64,000 nt of DNA. It comes from Macrostomum lignano (Eukaryota). Of this stretch, positions 12,430-26,200 are shown piece after piece (the stretch's first letter is position 1; every line of letters starts with the position of its first letter). Position numbers and translations under genes: made by a program. The notes under the pieces are model-generated. The model was not told where the DNA came from, ran no database searches, and worked only from the letters and a program-made list of their open reading frames with translations. The stretch spans positions 182,380-246,379 of the forward strand of contig NIVC01001368.1 in NCBI GenBank assembly GCA_002269645.1. The letters run 5' to 3'.

Positions 12430-12945
12430 GTCCATGACCAGCAAAATCTCCGCCGGCCTCAACGCAACCTTGGGCCTGTCCAGAAGTGGCAGGTGGCTAA
12501 GAGCAACTGCACGCAGTACTGCCCGCTCTGGCACCATGGGAGCAGCTTTAGCTCATAGCCAGGATGAGCGCCCACCGCTGGATTCTGCTGGAAGCCATGG
12601 CAGGAATCGGCTTTGACTCGTGCAGCAGTCGATCCAGCAGCGGCTTGTGGTCCGCTGATGAACGTGAACTGCCTGCCATACGGGCATGTGTGAAACTTTC
12701 TTACTCCAAACACGAGGCCAGCGCGTCTCTTTCTCCAACTGAGTGTACTTCGCCTCAGTCTCGTGTAGCGAGCGCGAAGCAAGGCTATTTAAGCGGCCGT
12801 CGATGCCGTTGATTCGGTGCCTGATGACGGCGCCAATGCCGCACAGTGAGCTGCGTCCCACTCCAGCACCAGCGGCTTTGTCCATCAAATGCGTGAGCAC
12901 CGGCGCTCTGCTGAACAACGCCTTGCACTTGATCATGTTTTAATC
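12430..12945 (-). mobile_element. Gypsy/Ty3 LTR-retrotransposon pol remnant (RT connector/RNase H)
   Basis: Frameshifted minus-strand translation: APVLTH..GIGAVI.H....ASRSLHETEAKYTQLEKE..LVFGVRKFH..YGRQFT..KPLL..LHESKPIPAMASSRIQRWALI..YE, matching the canonical Gypsy RNase H motifs. Confidence 0.85.
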
Positions 12946-13079
12946 CCCTCTTCGAAGGGTCCACTAACTGAGCATGTAATTTGGTTATCGATCGTCGCCC
13001 CTTTTGCAGGCTGTCTATAATCTGCAGTACAGGAGCGCATGTACAGTATTGATCGACGGCCCAAATATACTCGTAGGCC

Positions 13080-13760
13080 AGTGATGTATTCCTTATTACC
13101 AGACTTTCTCTGTAATCAAGGAATAATCACTTCTAGCACTTAGCTAGACAACCCAGTTATCAATGAAGGTACTTAATGAAGGTACTGCGTCAGTAGTTCT
13201 CTCAGTTGATCTGGTAGATCAGGCGCCTTGGTTTTTCAGTTGCTCTGGTCCTGGCTCCTCTTGTACTTCTGATGAAGTTACTTCCGGCCGGTATCTGCAG
13301 TCAGGACCAATCAGAGGCCTCGTATCAACAATGGGATCCTTGCGCCGAACTGCGGTTTCACTCAAGCCTTCTCCTTCTAGTAGTGCTTCTATGCACTGTA
13401 GGTAATGCTCCGGTTATCTCTAATAGATCCTCTAAGATCTATTAGGGTAGTCCTTCGGGCGACTACAGCCAATGGAGTCTCAAATGGACTCAAGAGTCTC
13501 AACAGACTCTAACACTATAAAAATAGTGAGTCGACTCAACAACGACTGGCGCAAATGAGAAAGGCTTACCGCAACAAATCGACCGAGTCTCGATTGAATA
13601 GGCGATCAGGAGGTCTCTCTAAGGACTTCCTCTTCGGAGCGCTCCTCTTCCGTGGGGAGAATGGCTCCGGTACCGCTTTGGACCGCTTGTATTTATAGAC
13701 ATTTTTGCCAGCCAAAAATAGCAACATGACTCACGTGTTGCGCTACAATAGTAACATGAT
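13080..13760 (-). mobile_element. Possible LTR/5' region remnant upstream of the Gypsy fragment
   Basis: Minus-strand TATAAATA near 13690-13698, a hairpin TAATAGATC-CTCTAA-GATCTATTA at ~13420-13443, and its position 5' of the pol remnant. Termini not defined. Confidence 0.25.
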
Positions 13761-13872
13761 GATTCATCTGCTATAAATAGCAACATGATTCATCTGCTAT
13801 AAATAGTAACGTGATTCATCTGCTAATAAATAGTAACATGATTCATCTGCTATATTTTGTAACATGAATCAT
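13750..13872. repeat. Short tandem repeat (ATAGTAACATGATTCATCTGCTA-like, ~24 bp, ~5 copies)
   Basis: Direct reading. Confidence 0.75.
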
Positions 13873-15659
13873 CCTTAAAGTTTAAGTGCGCATGCATGCA
13901 CTAGCTTACTTATAGCAGTATTCTATGATTTCTACTTCTTTCCGTGGGATGTATAACACTCTACACCAGCTCTATCTACCAGTATATGCCTCTAGAGAAA
14001 CTTTAGACCTTACATGTAACTTAGGTTAGTTCGATCATCTATGCAGTAGGCCCTATACAGTATATAGTTTTTTATATAAATGTTTAACTGAATTGTGTAC
14101 CATGTACCCAGCTAGAGGAGGCCATGCACAATTGTAATAATAAAAGTCTGTCTGGAAAGATATGACATTGTCAAATCAAATTAATTTTAAATTGACACTC
14201 GTTTTTCGTCCAGCACTAGAAAAATAACTCCAGGGGAATGCCAAATAGGGTTTACCCCACACTTAGAATAGCTCCACCCAAATTTTAAACCAGCGATTGA
14301 AACAAAACATTTACTGTGCGTATGGCGTTATTTAAATGAGTTTTTACTGTTAAATAGAAAAGTAAAAATAATTTATTTTCAAGTAACTGAAAGTCTCTTT
14401 GCGTCGATAGCCAAAGCCAACGCGAGCACAGAAGTCCGTGTAGAGTTTTCAAACAAGTGAACTATAAATAATACAAAACACTAAAAATTGCATGCATGCC
14501 TCACTCATAGCTTTAAGCCCAAAGCAAAATCACCTCAAAATACAACGGTAGTTGTATGGTATTACAACTATGATTAAGCCAAAAATCCACGTACCCACGT
14601 ACCCATGTATCCACGTAAATTAACTTTTTGGCTACGTCCATTTGTTTATATGACTTCGGTGCCGTACGTAAATGGGCCTTTTCATATCGCATGTTCTGGT
14701 TCCAGAACCAGAACCAGAACCAATTTGTGAAGTATAACTTTTTGTCTCCATAACTAGAGGGAGACACGTGCTATAAAGTTTTTATTATTGAATGACAATC
14801 GCCAAGAAGAAAGTGAAAAATTGTGCTAAGTGAGGTTGTTAAGACAGTCAAACATTTAACAGAATTAAATAGTTATACTGCTGTTTTTCTTGGAAGATCC
14901 GAACCGATTCTGATTCTGGAATTGGTAATATGAAAAGCCTCAATAACGAATGCCTTTTGAATTTTCAAACGAGTAATTAGGCAATATAATTATAACACTC
15001 ATAATTTATTTGATTCATTTTCATTTAAGATGTCCTTGGCCCTTTCAACTCGTTAAATTTTTGTTTTTTTACTCGTCAAGTTGTCAACTTAGCCTAGGGC
15101 TATACTATAGGCCTAGGCATATCTATCTGTGGTAGGCCTATGATAAGTTTTAAGTATATAAGTTTAAGCCCTAAGTTCAAAATACAATTCCAATAGGCCT
15201 ACAATATATAAAAATCCGATTACTTATTTTATTGAAATTTATTGGGGTCATTCTGAGCCAGGAAAGCCTAGTTTATGGTTTAAAGTGCTATAATTCTAGG
15301 CACATCAAATAATTTGATGGGCTCCAAAATGGAGACCATCAAATGATTTGATGGTCCCTAAATGAAAGCAGTTTGAACCATAGACTAAACAGAACTAGAC
15401 AGTGTACTTGGATGCAACAAAAAAAACTATTATTATATACTATATAATGAAGCAACAAAAAAAACAATTTTCTAGCCAAAGCATAGATAATTGGTAGGAT
15501 TATATAGGAAACACGAGGCCAACTCCTCCGTTGGTGGAGTAAGGGGATAGAACTTGCATCGCCAGAATTTCATTCCCTGAAATCCATCAGCTAAATCCAA
15601 TGACACGAATCCCATTGTCCAAATCCTTTCCAAGTCCTCTATTAACCTCCCAAAACCAT

Positions 15660-17305
15660 GTTGTTTTACCTGTTTGCAAAAATTGACTGCCTGCCATTGT
15701 CCAGACTGAGACTCTCGTCTGTCCCTATCTCCTCTTTGCTCTCTCATCTCTAATCTCTCCTATCTCCTCTCTGCTCTCATCTGCTCGTTTATCAATCATT
15801 TCTTATCTCATCTCTCATCTCTCATCTCTACTCTCTTATCTCTCCTTTCTGTGCTCTCATATCTACTCTCTTCTTTCTCCTCACTACTTTCTCCTCCCTA
15901 CTTTTTCCTCTCTCCTCTTTTATCTCTTCTCTCTCCTCTCCTTTATCTCCTCTCTGCTCTCTTGTCTCTGTACTTTCTCCCCTCTCCTCTCTCCCTTATC
16001 CTCTCGCTTCTCTCTCCTCTCTCCCCTCATCTTTACTCATTTATCTCTTCTCTCTCGTCTTTTGGCTCTACTCCCTCCTGTCTCCTCTTTCTTCTCTCTT
16101 ACCCCTTTTCCTCTCTCCTCTCAATTCTCTCATCTATTTTCTTGCCTTTATTCTCTTTTTCTTTTCTCTAATTTGTCCCTTTTGATTCTCTCTTTCACCT
16201 AACCTTTTATCTACTCTTTCATTTTCTGTTTTCTCTATTCACTTTCATTTAGCCATTTCATCCTCTCTATGAAACAGATATCATCAAAATAATCTCTGTT
16301 AAACTGCAATCCAGTGTGTATCATCTCCTTCAAGGTACAATTCATCAATTAAAAAAATATTATCTCTATCAAATTTCAGTCACTCAAGACTATGAAACTG
16401 AAGTTTATAAAAATATGCTTTTTACTTGTCTGGGTATACGTCAAAAAGTTTAAAAAATCCTCCATAAAACCTCTGAAATATCATAGCATGTTTTCCCTGT
16501 TTGCAAAAATTGACTGCCATTGTCCAGGCTGAGACTCTCTCCTATCTCCTCTCTCCTCTTTGCTCCTTTATCTAATCTCTTCTCTCTGCTCTTATCTCCT
16601 CTCTCATCTCTACTCTTACTTTCTTATCAATCACCTTCCATCTCTCATCTCTCTTCTCTGCGCTCTTATCTCTATTTTCTCATCTCTATTCTCTCATCTT
16701 TCCCCTTTGCTCTCTCATTTCTTTTCTCATCTCTCTCCTGAGTCCTCTCTCCCTTCTCTTCTCACTTCTCTCTCTCCCGTCTTCTTTCTTATCTCTTCTC
16801 TCCTGTCTTCTCTCAAGTCTCTCTTATCTCTCCTCTTCTCTCCCATCTCTCATCTCTACTCGCTTATCTATCGCCTCTCCTCTACCCTGCCCTCTCTCTC
16901 TTCTCTTTTCTCTCTCATCTCCCCTCTCTGCTCTCATTTCTCATACTCCTATTTTCTCTCTTACCCTCTCCTTTTTTATCTCTCATCTTTCCCCTCTCCT
17001 CTCTACCGTCTCCTGTCTCATCTCTCTTCTCTCTTCTCTCTCCTCTGTACTCTCTTATCCCTCTCTCCTCCCATCTTTCCTCCTTCCTTTGCTCTCTCAT
17101 TTTTCCTCTCTCCCCTCCTTTCTTCCCTCTACATTCTCTTCTCTTCGCTCTCCCTCTTCATCATTCCCGCCTCACTCTCCTCTTCTCTCCCCTCTGTCTT
17201 CGACTTGTCTTTAATCTCTCAGCTCTCATATCCACTGTCTTTTCTATCATCTTTCTATCCTCTCTTCTTGAAATCTCTCTTCTCTCTACTCTCTTGTCTT
17301 ATCTG
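15660..17305. repeat. Two CT-rich low-complexity tracts, each headed by the same TGTTTGCAAAAATTGACTGC..CATTGTCCAG.CTGAGACTCTC motif (old ~830-bp tandem duplication)
   Basis: Motif at ~15670 and ~16498, each followed by polypyrimidine sequence. Confidence 0.7.
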
Positions 17306-19141
17306 ACGGACTGAAAGCGCCGATAATCAAACCAATTGAAATTTGTCACCCGCCTCCTCCATTACTGAAATTACTCAAATGATAGCTGGCTTGAATTTGT
17401 GTACGCAACCTTCCCCCAACTACAATCTTAGCAGAAAGTTTAAAAGTATGGAAATTGTTTCTTCAATGCTGTGCTTTTTGTTTTCATATTTAAAGCAAAT
17501 AACTTATATCCCCAAACTCAGTGTTGCAAGATCTTTCCAGCAATATAAATTCTCTCCTCTTAAAGCTTTAAACTCAAGGAACAGTTAGCATTTGAACTTC
17601 CCGATTTAAAGCATTGAAGTATCTATTGAGTATATATTCACTGCCTGCTAGTAAGAGGCTCGCAACTCGCAAGTTTATTCATTGAATTTAGCTGCCCAGC
17701 TAATACACAGCCTTTTGAAAGACGCCGATAATAAAACAAATTGAATCTCGACACAGTCCTTATCTATCTGTTTACACAGTACATTGCTGTGTACACTCAG
17801 CCCAAACCAACCCCCCCCCCTATTCCGGGGGAATCATTAAATTTTACTGCACCCCCAACATGCGGGGGTTTTATTAGCATTGAACCCAGAACACGCGTCA
17901 CCCACCCTCCAAAACACAGCAACCCGCGGGAGGAGGTTGGGGTAGTTGTTTTTACAATTATGCCACTACCCCTCCACTGGAGAGGCAAAGTGGCCAAAGA
18001 AGGTTAAGAAAACAGTTTTCTGCTTTTTTAACAGACTTAATTTTGGAAATTTCAACATTAAAATAGCCTATTTGTTGCGTAGGAAAATTCTGCATTGACA
18101 TATATAAGTCTCGCATTTGAGTTGCTAGCCGTCTAGGAGGAGATACGCGTTAAACCCGGCCGGTCGATCGATCAATCGATTGGTCCACTCAACTTTAGAT
18201 ATAAGAGATATTACATTTTTTTCAATAATAGGCAGTGCATTAAACATTTCACAAACTCACTTAAAATGAATTTCGATTTTAGCTCCATCAAAATGATGAT
18301 AGACTTGACACTGTACCATGGTCAGTAATAGAAGCGCTGGAATCTCCAGAAATGACAGGCTCACTTACATGCATGCCTGGATTAGATTTGGCTACAGGAG
18401 ACACACCCTGTAAAACATTCGAAGCAAATCTAGCCACCTTTGCAGATGGAGCAACATAGTGTCGCTTAGTAGAATGTATCAACCTAAAGTGATATCTAAA
18501 TCTGATAATACTAATATTCAAAATAGCCCTAGTATTGCCAAAATTTGATAGTCCAATACCAAAATGTGTGTATTGGCTATTGCCAATACCTTAATCCAAA
18601 ATTAGCAAAACTCATTATTTTTTATTTTAAACTTTTTAAATAAATTTAAAGACCTATATATTTAAAACAAAAAGTACTAATTTTTGGCTTTGCCATTTAT
18701 TATTGATTGGCACTTCTAAAAAGGTCGCAGTATATTATTATGATCATGTAAGTTATAATTAAACTCATTCACAAAATAATTATTGTACATAGTTTCAACT
18801 AGTTACACTTTAGTCTAGTTAAACTTAGTATGATAGGCTAGTATTTGCTTTGACTTGTTTTGTACTTTTTTATTGTGTTGTTTTTAATATTATTGTTTAT
18901 TGGTTATTTTGTTTATTCATAATATATTAAATCTCTTTGGTCTTATGTATATATGTACATTTTCTTGATATTTCTTTCTTGACCACCTAAAGTGCTATAA
19001 TTTTTTGACCATAAGTGTAGAAAATCACCTTTTAAAACAAATTAGTATAATGGCCATAAATATTCTTTGTTCATAGTAATAAAGATAATGTAGGTAAAAT
19101 AAATAATTGATTGTATACTAAATTTTTTTATTAACTGAGTA

Positions 19142-19434
19142 TAGTGCTGGTTCAGGGGGGGGGGGCAAGGGGGCAGCTGCCCCTGGGTGACCACAGGTCA
19201 TTGCCTTAAGAAAGGTGACTACCCTACCTAGGAGCCTATGAAGGGAGGGCAGATAGTCTCCCCCTGTTATGCAACTTGAATCAATGATTAAAAATGCATT
19301 TTATTAGAAATTTTGTGTTTTACATTGTTTTGTAAGAAGTATGTCATAATTTGTTCATAATTTTTTACTTTCTTAGAAAGGAGGGTGACCACCTAACTAC
19401 TGCCCCCTTAACCAAAAATACTGCGTTGCCACTG
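19142..19434. mobile_element. hAT-like MITE, 293 bp
   Basis: 8-bp TSD ACTGAGTA (19134-19141) / CCTGAGTA (19435-19442), 7 of 8 matching. Termini TAGTG...CACTG. Internal GGGGGCAGCTGCCCC motif. Confidence 0.6.
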
Positions 19435-19669
19435 CCTGAGTACATAAAACTTGTTCCTGAAATAAAAAGAGGTTGAATAGACCAAACTAAGAATTAGCAA
19501 TAATAAAATAGATCAAGAACTAAGCTCAGTATCAAGCTCAAATTGAAAGCTTAAAGCTAAGGTACAATAGAAAATAGCACTTTAAAATAATTTTCTTAGT
19601 GTATCTATTCCCAAAAGTGCTACTTTATTAAAATTATATATATCAAAAGCAGAACCACTCTGAATCACG

Positions 19670-20705
19670 TAGTAGGTCCTAGACCAAAAAAATTAGGCAT
19701 GCATTGGTATATATGTGCAACAGTTGGCTAATCCAGCCAACTGATCAATTGATGTGCATGACTCTTAAGAAAATAGTGTTGATGCACACCTAGTGTGCCC
19801 TTCATAGAATCAGGCAGAAATGTTAGCGTTAAATAGAAAAAAGATTGAAAATATTCATATTTTAGCATAAATTTCTAAATTTCTAGGTATTAACCTCATT
19901 AATAATTCATTAAAACAAAGGTTTATGCATATAAATTTTCTGCTATAAATAGTCAAGGACAACTAAGGCAACTTATATAAAGGATGCCACACTTTAAATC
20001 TATAGCAAGTATTTGAAAGCAACTTTTTGCCTAAAATACACTATGGAAATATTGCATATCTTTTCCTGTACCTAAAAATCATAAAAAATGCATGGCACAA
20101 CTCAAATCTTTGGTTTTATGAATCAATTTTATTATCTCTGTTTCACATATTGTTACATAGTCAGCAAGGAATGACAACAGATTCATAAAACCCATGAGCC
20201 AAGCCATGTTATTTTAATGGTTTTTATGCATAGGACACGTGCAATTTTATGTAGTATAAAAATTGTTATAGAATCCTAATTTTCTAAAAGTAAAGTTTTA
20301 TGAATAACAATAGAACTACAAGAAAGGCACAACATATTAAAATATGAACATTAGGTCTGCCTCCTATCAAAAACAATAGCAACTTTTGTACTGAAAAAAT
20401 GAAAACTTCCTATCTCCATAGTGTATTTTTCAGCAAAAAGTTGCCTTCAAAAATTGCCATAGATTTTGAGTGTTGTGTCCTTCTACTTAAGTTGTCCTTG
20501 TAAATAGTATAGACAAGAAAGATAAATAATCAACCAAATTCTTAGCCAAAAAGGATCTTTTATGCAATGCAAAAGGGTCGTTCACTGTTGCAATGCAAAA
20601 AGGTGATTTATTGTTGCAACACTGGCCTAGATTTTGAGAGTGTAGGTGTGTACTAAATTTTTTTGGCCTGCATTTGTAACTCTTCAATTTTTGTTTGGAC
20701 CTGCA
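19670..20705. mobile_element. Old foldback/MITE-like element with long diverged inverted repeats
   Basis: ~19940-20050 (CAAGGACAACT...AATCTAT.GCAA..TTGAA.GCAACTTTTTGC..AAAATACACTATGGA) is the diverged reverse complement of ~20411-20510. Outer GTAGGTCC...AAAAAATT is mirrored at ~20686-20705. Confidence 0.55.
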
Positions 20706-21568
20706 CCTAGCATGATCTAGACTATGGAAGCAAAATATTGAAATGTATTCTTTTTAATTGTAGCATAATTTTATCTTAGCAAAACTTCTTAAGTTGCAAA
20801 TTACATTTAAGATGTGTATTTATGCTAGGAGAATAAAAGCAAAAATGAGTATTTGTATGTTTTTTTTTCTTTAGCTCGTACTGATTTCAAATTACAATTT
20901 TATCAATGTTTGAGAGACATGTTTGACCAAACAATTGGTATCTTCAGACAATTATACAGAAATATGGTAATTTTTTAAGTCTGGTAAGCCAATATGATGC
21001 AAATAAAGCAGGCATGGGTAGCATAGTTAGATGGCAAAGTTTGGAAGGTCAGAACACCCTTAACTTAAATGGACACTCGCCTTCTATGACCAAGTTGGAT
21101 GTTCATTGTGGGCTTTTGCTTTCATTCTTCTAATTTCCTTTAAACGATGTACCTGACTTTGACTCTGTTATGTAATTTTGCTTTAAGCATAGCCATATAT
21201 GTAGACAGCCAATTTATTGAGCATTTTTTCAATGCATCTGATGTGCCATTGGTATTTTTACAATAGTGAAGAATTTGTATTTGTTTTTAAGGGTTAAAAA
21301 CCTTGATATGATATCAGCATGCAGGCTGTTAGCATGTAAGTTGCAGTATAACATTACTCAGATAATGCTGCTCTTCAGAGCATCTCATTGTTACATATGA
21401 GCTTATATCAGACTAAAAATAATTTAAAAACATGAAAAAACCTAAAAAGAAAAAATTATAACAACAACCCAAAATACTCAACCCAATGCTTCCCAATGAA
21501 ATGCAATAGCAGCTTGCACTGACTACACAGCTAATATTTTCTGAGCCAGTTAGCCTCGCCAGCTCGCC

Positions 21569-23116
21569 ATGTCGCGCAGTGACCCGTCGGCCGAGATGCC
21601 GCAGGTGGAGAAGCTGCCGGCAGCTGAGCGAATTCGCTTAGCGAAGAAGCGCCGGGCCCAGCAGTTGAAGCGCTACGCCCAGTGGAGCAAAGCCATGGAC
21701 AAGAAGGGCCACCAGGTGCGAAATCTCACCGGTGACGATCCCAGCAGGATGGTCCGCTTCTTCCAGAACATTGTGCTGCTCGAAGCTGCCGCCAGAGGTG
21801 ACATTGATGAAGGTAAGGAGGCTGGGTTCTGTGTATGGAAATCTTATTCTCGCCCGATAAATCCTGTCTTTGCCATCGCTCTGGTTCTCCCTGATTCTCC
21901 CGCAGTCCGCTCGCTGCTGAAGTCCGGCGTCAACCCCAACGCGGCCAACGATGATGGGCTGACGGCGCTGCACCAGTGCTGCATCGACAACAGCGAGGCC
22001 ATGTGCCGCCTCCTGCTCGAGTTCAACGCCGATGTCAACGCCAGGGACACTGAGCAGTGGACTCCGCTGCACGCTGCCGCCACCTGTGGCCACATCGCCA
22101 TTTGTAGGCTTCTTGTCAACAGGTGAGCTCTGAGTCCTCTGACTTCCTTTGCTTACACTGACTGTAGTTCCCCATCACTTAGTCACTGCAGTGCCATTCA
22201 ATTCGCATCACTGATCATTCACTCAGTCACTGCAGTGCCATTCAATTCGCATCAACTCACTCAGTCACTGCAGTGCCATTCAATTTGCATCACTGATCAC
22301 TCACTCAGTCACTGCAGTGCCATTCAATTCGCATGGGAGGCCGTAGCCCAGCGGTAGCGCAGCTGCTCTGATGTGCCAGCGACCCAGGCTCGATTCCAAG
22401 TGCAGTCACATTAATTTGGGGCTGAATTGGAATCTCGGCTTGGCTCTGCTCGTGCAATTAACGGCCTTGAGAGCCAACCCCCCAAGGCGCAGTGAAGTGT
22501 ACATGCCTAACGATAAAATAAAGTTAGGGCCGCTGTACACTCCTGTGTGAGTGTGTGCCTGCGTACGTATCCGCGCGCTTGTGTGCCTGCTCAGGGGAGT
22601 CGGCGGAATGGGCAGTAATGCCTCTCGCCGGTTGTGTGCCTATGTCGCTTAAAGTGCGCCAGGGTGCACACAACCCCCCTGCCTCTAATAAAAAAAATTC
22701 AATTCGCATCACTGATCACTCACTCAGTCACTGCAGGGCCATTCAATTCGCATCACTCAGTCACTGCAGTGCCATCAGATGCCGCATCACTCAGTCACTG
22801 CAGTGCCATCAGATGCCGCATCACTCGGATTTTCGTATTTTTTCTCGCCTCCCATCTGCAGCGGGGCGGAGCTGCTGGCTGTGAACGCGGACGGCAACAT
22901 GCCCTACGACATCTGCGAGGAGTCTGGCACTCTGGACTACATCGAGGGCGAGATGGCCCGCAGAGGTGAGGCTAGCTGCTTAGCAGTTAAGAGTAACTTA
23001 AGGAAGTGGTGCAAAAACTAGTGGAATTTAAGTTCAGTGCTGTTATGCTCTGATGTCCTTGAAATGTAAGATGCCAAAAGAATTGCCAGAGGCAAGAATA
23101 CGGAGAGAAGGAAGAT

Positions 23117-23214
<98 letters not shown>

Positions 23215-26200
23215 AGGAGTTGCGGAGAAGAGATGGAGGAGGCTGTCCAGTATGCATACAGTTGCCACATAAATGTGCAAATGCTTGGCATTGCTGCTGT
23301 CTGCATGCAAATTGCTAATCCCCACCCAGGCATCACCCAGCAGCAGATTGACGACACCCGCCTGGTGCCCGAGAAGCGAATGCTGCAGGACGTGACGCGG
23401 GTCTTCGAGCAGAGCGAGTCCAAGGCTGCCTGTCGCCAGCAATTCAACAAGCTGGACAGCCAGGGCGCCAACTTGCTGCACGTCGCCTGCGCCAGCGGCT
23501 TCCTGTCTGTCATCGTCTACCTTCTGGATCAGGTGCGCGTCCCCCTTGACACCCGCGACAAGGACGGCTGGGCGCCCGTGCATGTGGCCGCTTGCTGGGG
23601 CCAGCTGGACGCCATCGAAGCTCTGGCCGCCAGGGGCGCCGACCTGGACTCTCGCACCACCTCTGGGGAGACCGTCTACGGTGAGCACTAGCTGGGACTT
23701 TGAGCTGGCGTATTTTGTATGAGGTTTGCAGTGGCTAAATGAGCAGTTGGGTTTCTAGTTTGAGTTGCAGTGGCTAAATGAGCAGTTGGATTTCTAGTTT
23801 AAGTTGCAGTGGCTAAATGAGCAGTTGGATTTCTAGTTTGAGTTGCAGAGGCTGAGCAGTCGGATTTCTAGTTTAAGTTGCAGTGGCTAAATGAGCAGTT
23901 GGATTTCTAGTTTGAGTTGCAGAGGCTGAGCAGTCGGATTTCTAGTTTGAGTTGCAGGGGCCATGAACAGTCGGATTTCTAGTTTGAGTTGCAGAGGCTG
24001 AGCAGTCGGATTTCTAGTTTGAGTTGCAGGGGCCATGAACAGTCGGATTTCTAGTTTGAGTTGCAGAGGCTGAGCAGTCGGATTTCTAGTTTGAGTTGCA
24101 GGGGCCATGAACAATCGGATTTCTAGTTTGAGTTGCAGAGGCTGAGCAGTCGGATTTCTAGTTTAAGTTGCAGAGGCTGAGCAGTCGGATTTCTAGTTTA
24201 AGTTGCAGAGGCTGAGCAGTCGGATTTCTAGTTTGAATTGCAGTGGCTAAATGAACAGTTGGATTTCTAGTTGAGTTGCAGAGGCTGAGCAGTCGGATTT
24301 CTAGTTTAAGTTGCAGAGGCTGAGCAGTCGGATTTCTAGTTTAAGTTGCAGAGGCTGAGCAGTCGGATTTCTAGTTTGAATTGCAGTGGCTAAATGAGCA
24401 GTTGGATTTCTAGTTTAAGTTGCAGAGGCTGAGCAGTCGGATTTCTAGTTTGAGTTGCAGAGGCTGAGCAGTCGGATTTCTAGTTTGAGTTGCAGTGGCT
24501 AAATGAGCAGTCGGATTTCTAGTTTGAGTTGCAGAGGCCATGAACAGTGACAGTTTTCGTTCTGTGCTCGTGACTGTGCAATTTGGTCTTAGGCAGGCTT
24601 GTGGCGGGTGGGTCATGTAAGGCATCACCTGTTTTTCTACCCAATCCTGCGGTTTCAGACATGTGCGAGGACCCGCAGGTCCGGCAACGCCTGGATGTAA
24701 TCAAGAAGGAGGCGGAGCTGCAGCGGCTGAACCGGGCGCCCTCGGTGAAAGGGCCATCAAGGAAGCCCAGCATGACAAGAGGGTGAGCAGTTGAACTTTT
24801 AGTTGAATGTAAAAAATAAAAATATAAAAAATATAAACAGCTTTTCATTCGCCTCTAATCCGTTAGACAAAATGTTAATCAGTTTCAAGTATAACCAGCT
24901 GTGCAAGTTGGTTTGGCGCTAAGAGTTTAATTGAGTCTCAATCCCGGTGCAGCAATTACCAGAAACCCCTGATGAGCAGCAGCTCATTCAGTGCTGGCGA
25001 TGGGAAGTCATCTCACAGGTATTCGTGTGAAATTTGTCTGCTATTTAGCTCGTATCCTCAATATTTGTGTCCGTGCCAGTCGGTGCATCTCACTACGTGT
25101 GAGGCCTTCCGAGCTCACTATTGAATCTGTTGTTAATTGCCCCTCGCGATAAAAGGATTCGAGATAACTAGCTGAACAGCAACAGCTGTTAGGGAAGCAA
25201 TCAGGTGCTGATTGAGTGTCAGAGTCACTACGGAACGAATGCGCTTCAGTACCTTCGTGAACAGTGACAAAGCAGAAATACCACAGCACCGAAAATTCTT
25301 GCCGCGTCACGGCATTGAGTTTTCGGTCCTGTGATATAATATTGCTTCAGCGTTGTGAAATTCTGAAAAGCGACCCCCAGGTGCAATGCGCCCTTTCTCA
25401 TTCATTTGCCTGCCAACCTGGTGATCCTCAAGACTCAAAACCGCAGCAAAGTTGAGAACTGCTGAGACATTCAGCGCTTCCGGCCACATCCGCGCAACAT
25501 GAATTTACGCAGCTGTTTGCTGAGCCAGCTGGCAACTTCACTTGTGCTGGCATTGACGCCTTGGGGGCTTTTCGCACCTTCAGCTTAGAAATAATGAACT
25601 CCAATTTAAAATAGAGCGGAAAGTTTTCCATCGAATGTTGGTTGTCTAGTGCGCAGTCAAATTGTCAGGGGTGGTTGTCTAGTGCGCAGTCAAATTGTCA
25701 GGGGTGGTTGTCTAGTGCGCAGTCAAATTGTCAGGGGTGGTTGTCTAGTGCGCAGTCAAATTGTCAGGGGTGGTTGTCTAGTGCGCAGTCAAATTGTCAG
25801 GGGTGGCGGTCGCCGCCTGGCTGCTTGGATGTTGATATCGGCGTGGGCGTGCAGGTGCTCTTGCTTTTTCTGTTGTTTCCCGTGCACAAAGCCAGTCTAA
25901 TCGGGGGATTCGCTGCGCAATGGGATGAAATTGTGCAACCTCTGGGCTTGCCGGATGGCCGCCATGCAACTCCGCTGTTCGGCTTTCAGCGGCGACACCC
26001 CGGAGCAAATCTACAGCAGCCCAGACAGCAGCGGGCCGGCCGCCTTCACCAGGACGTGCGTTTTTCCAGGCTTCCGCAATCGCTTTTTTCTGGCCTGGCT
26101 TTGGCTTCACACTTTTTATTTCCTCTGCTTTGCTAGCGGGCACAATGCTCTATGTTTTATTGGGAATGGGCTCCTTCACTGTTTTATCATGGTGTCAGAG

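Noticed and set aside
15851-17306. Leu/Ser-rich ORFs (106, 73 and 248 aa)
   Set aside because: Artefacts of CT-rich low-complexity DNA.
22340-22405. tRNA gene
   Set aside because: No complete cloverleaf. It is the head of a TSD-flanked SINE.
24969-24991. CTGATGAG hammerhead-like core
   Set aside because: It closes as a simple hairpin with no GAAA core strand. The CTGATGAG near 51103 also lacks proper stems.
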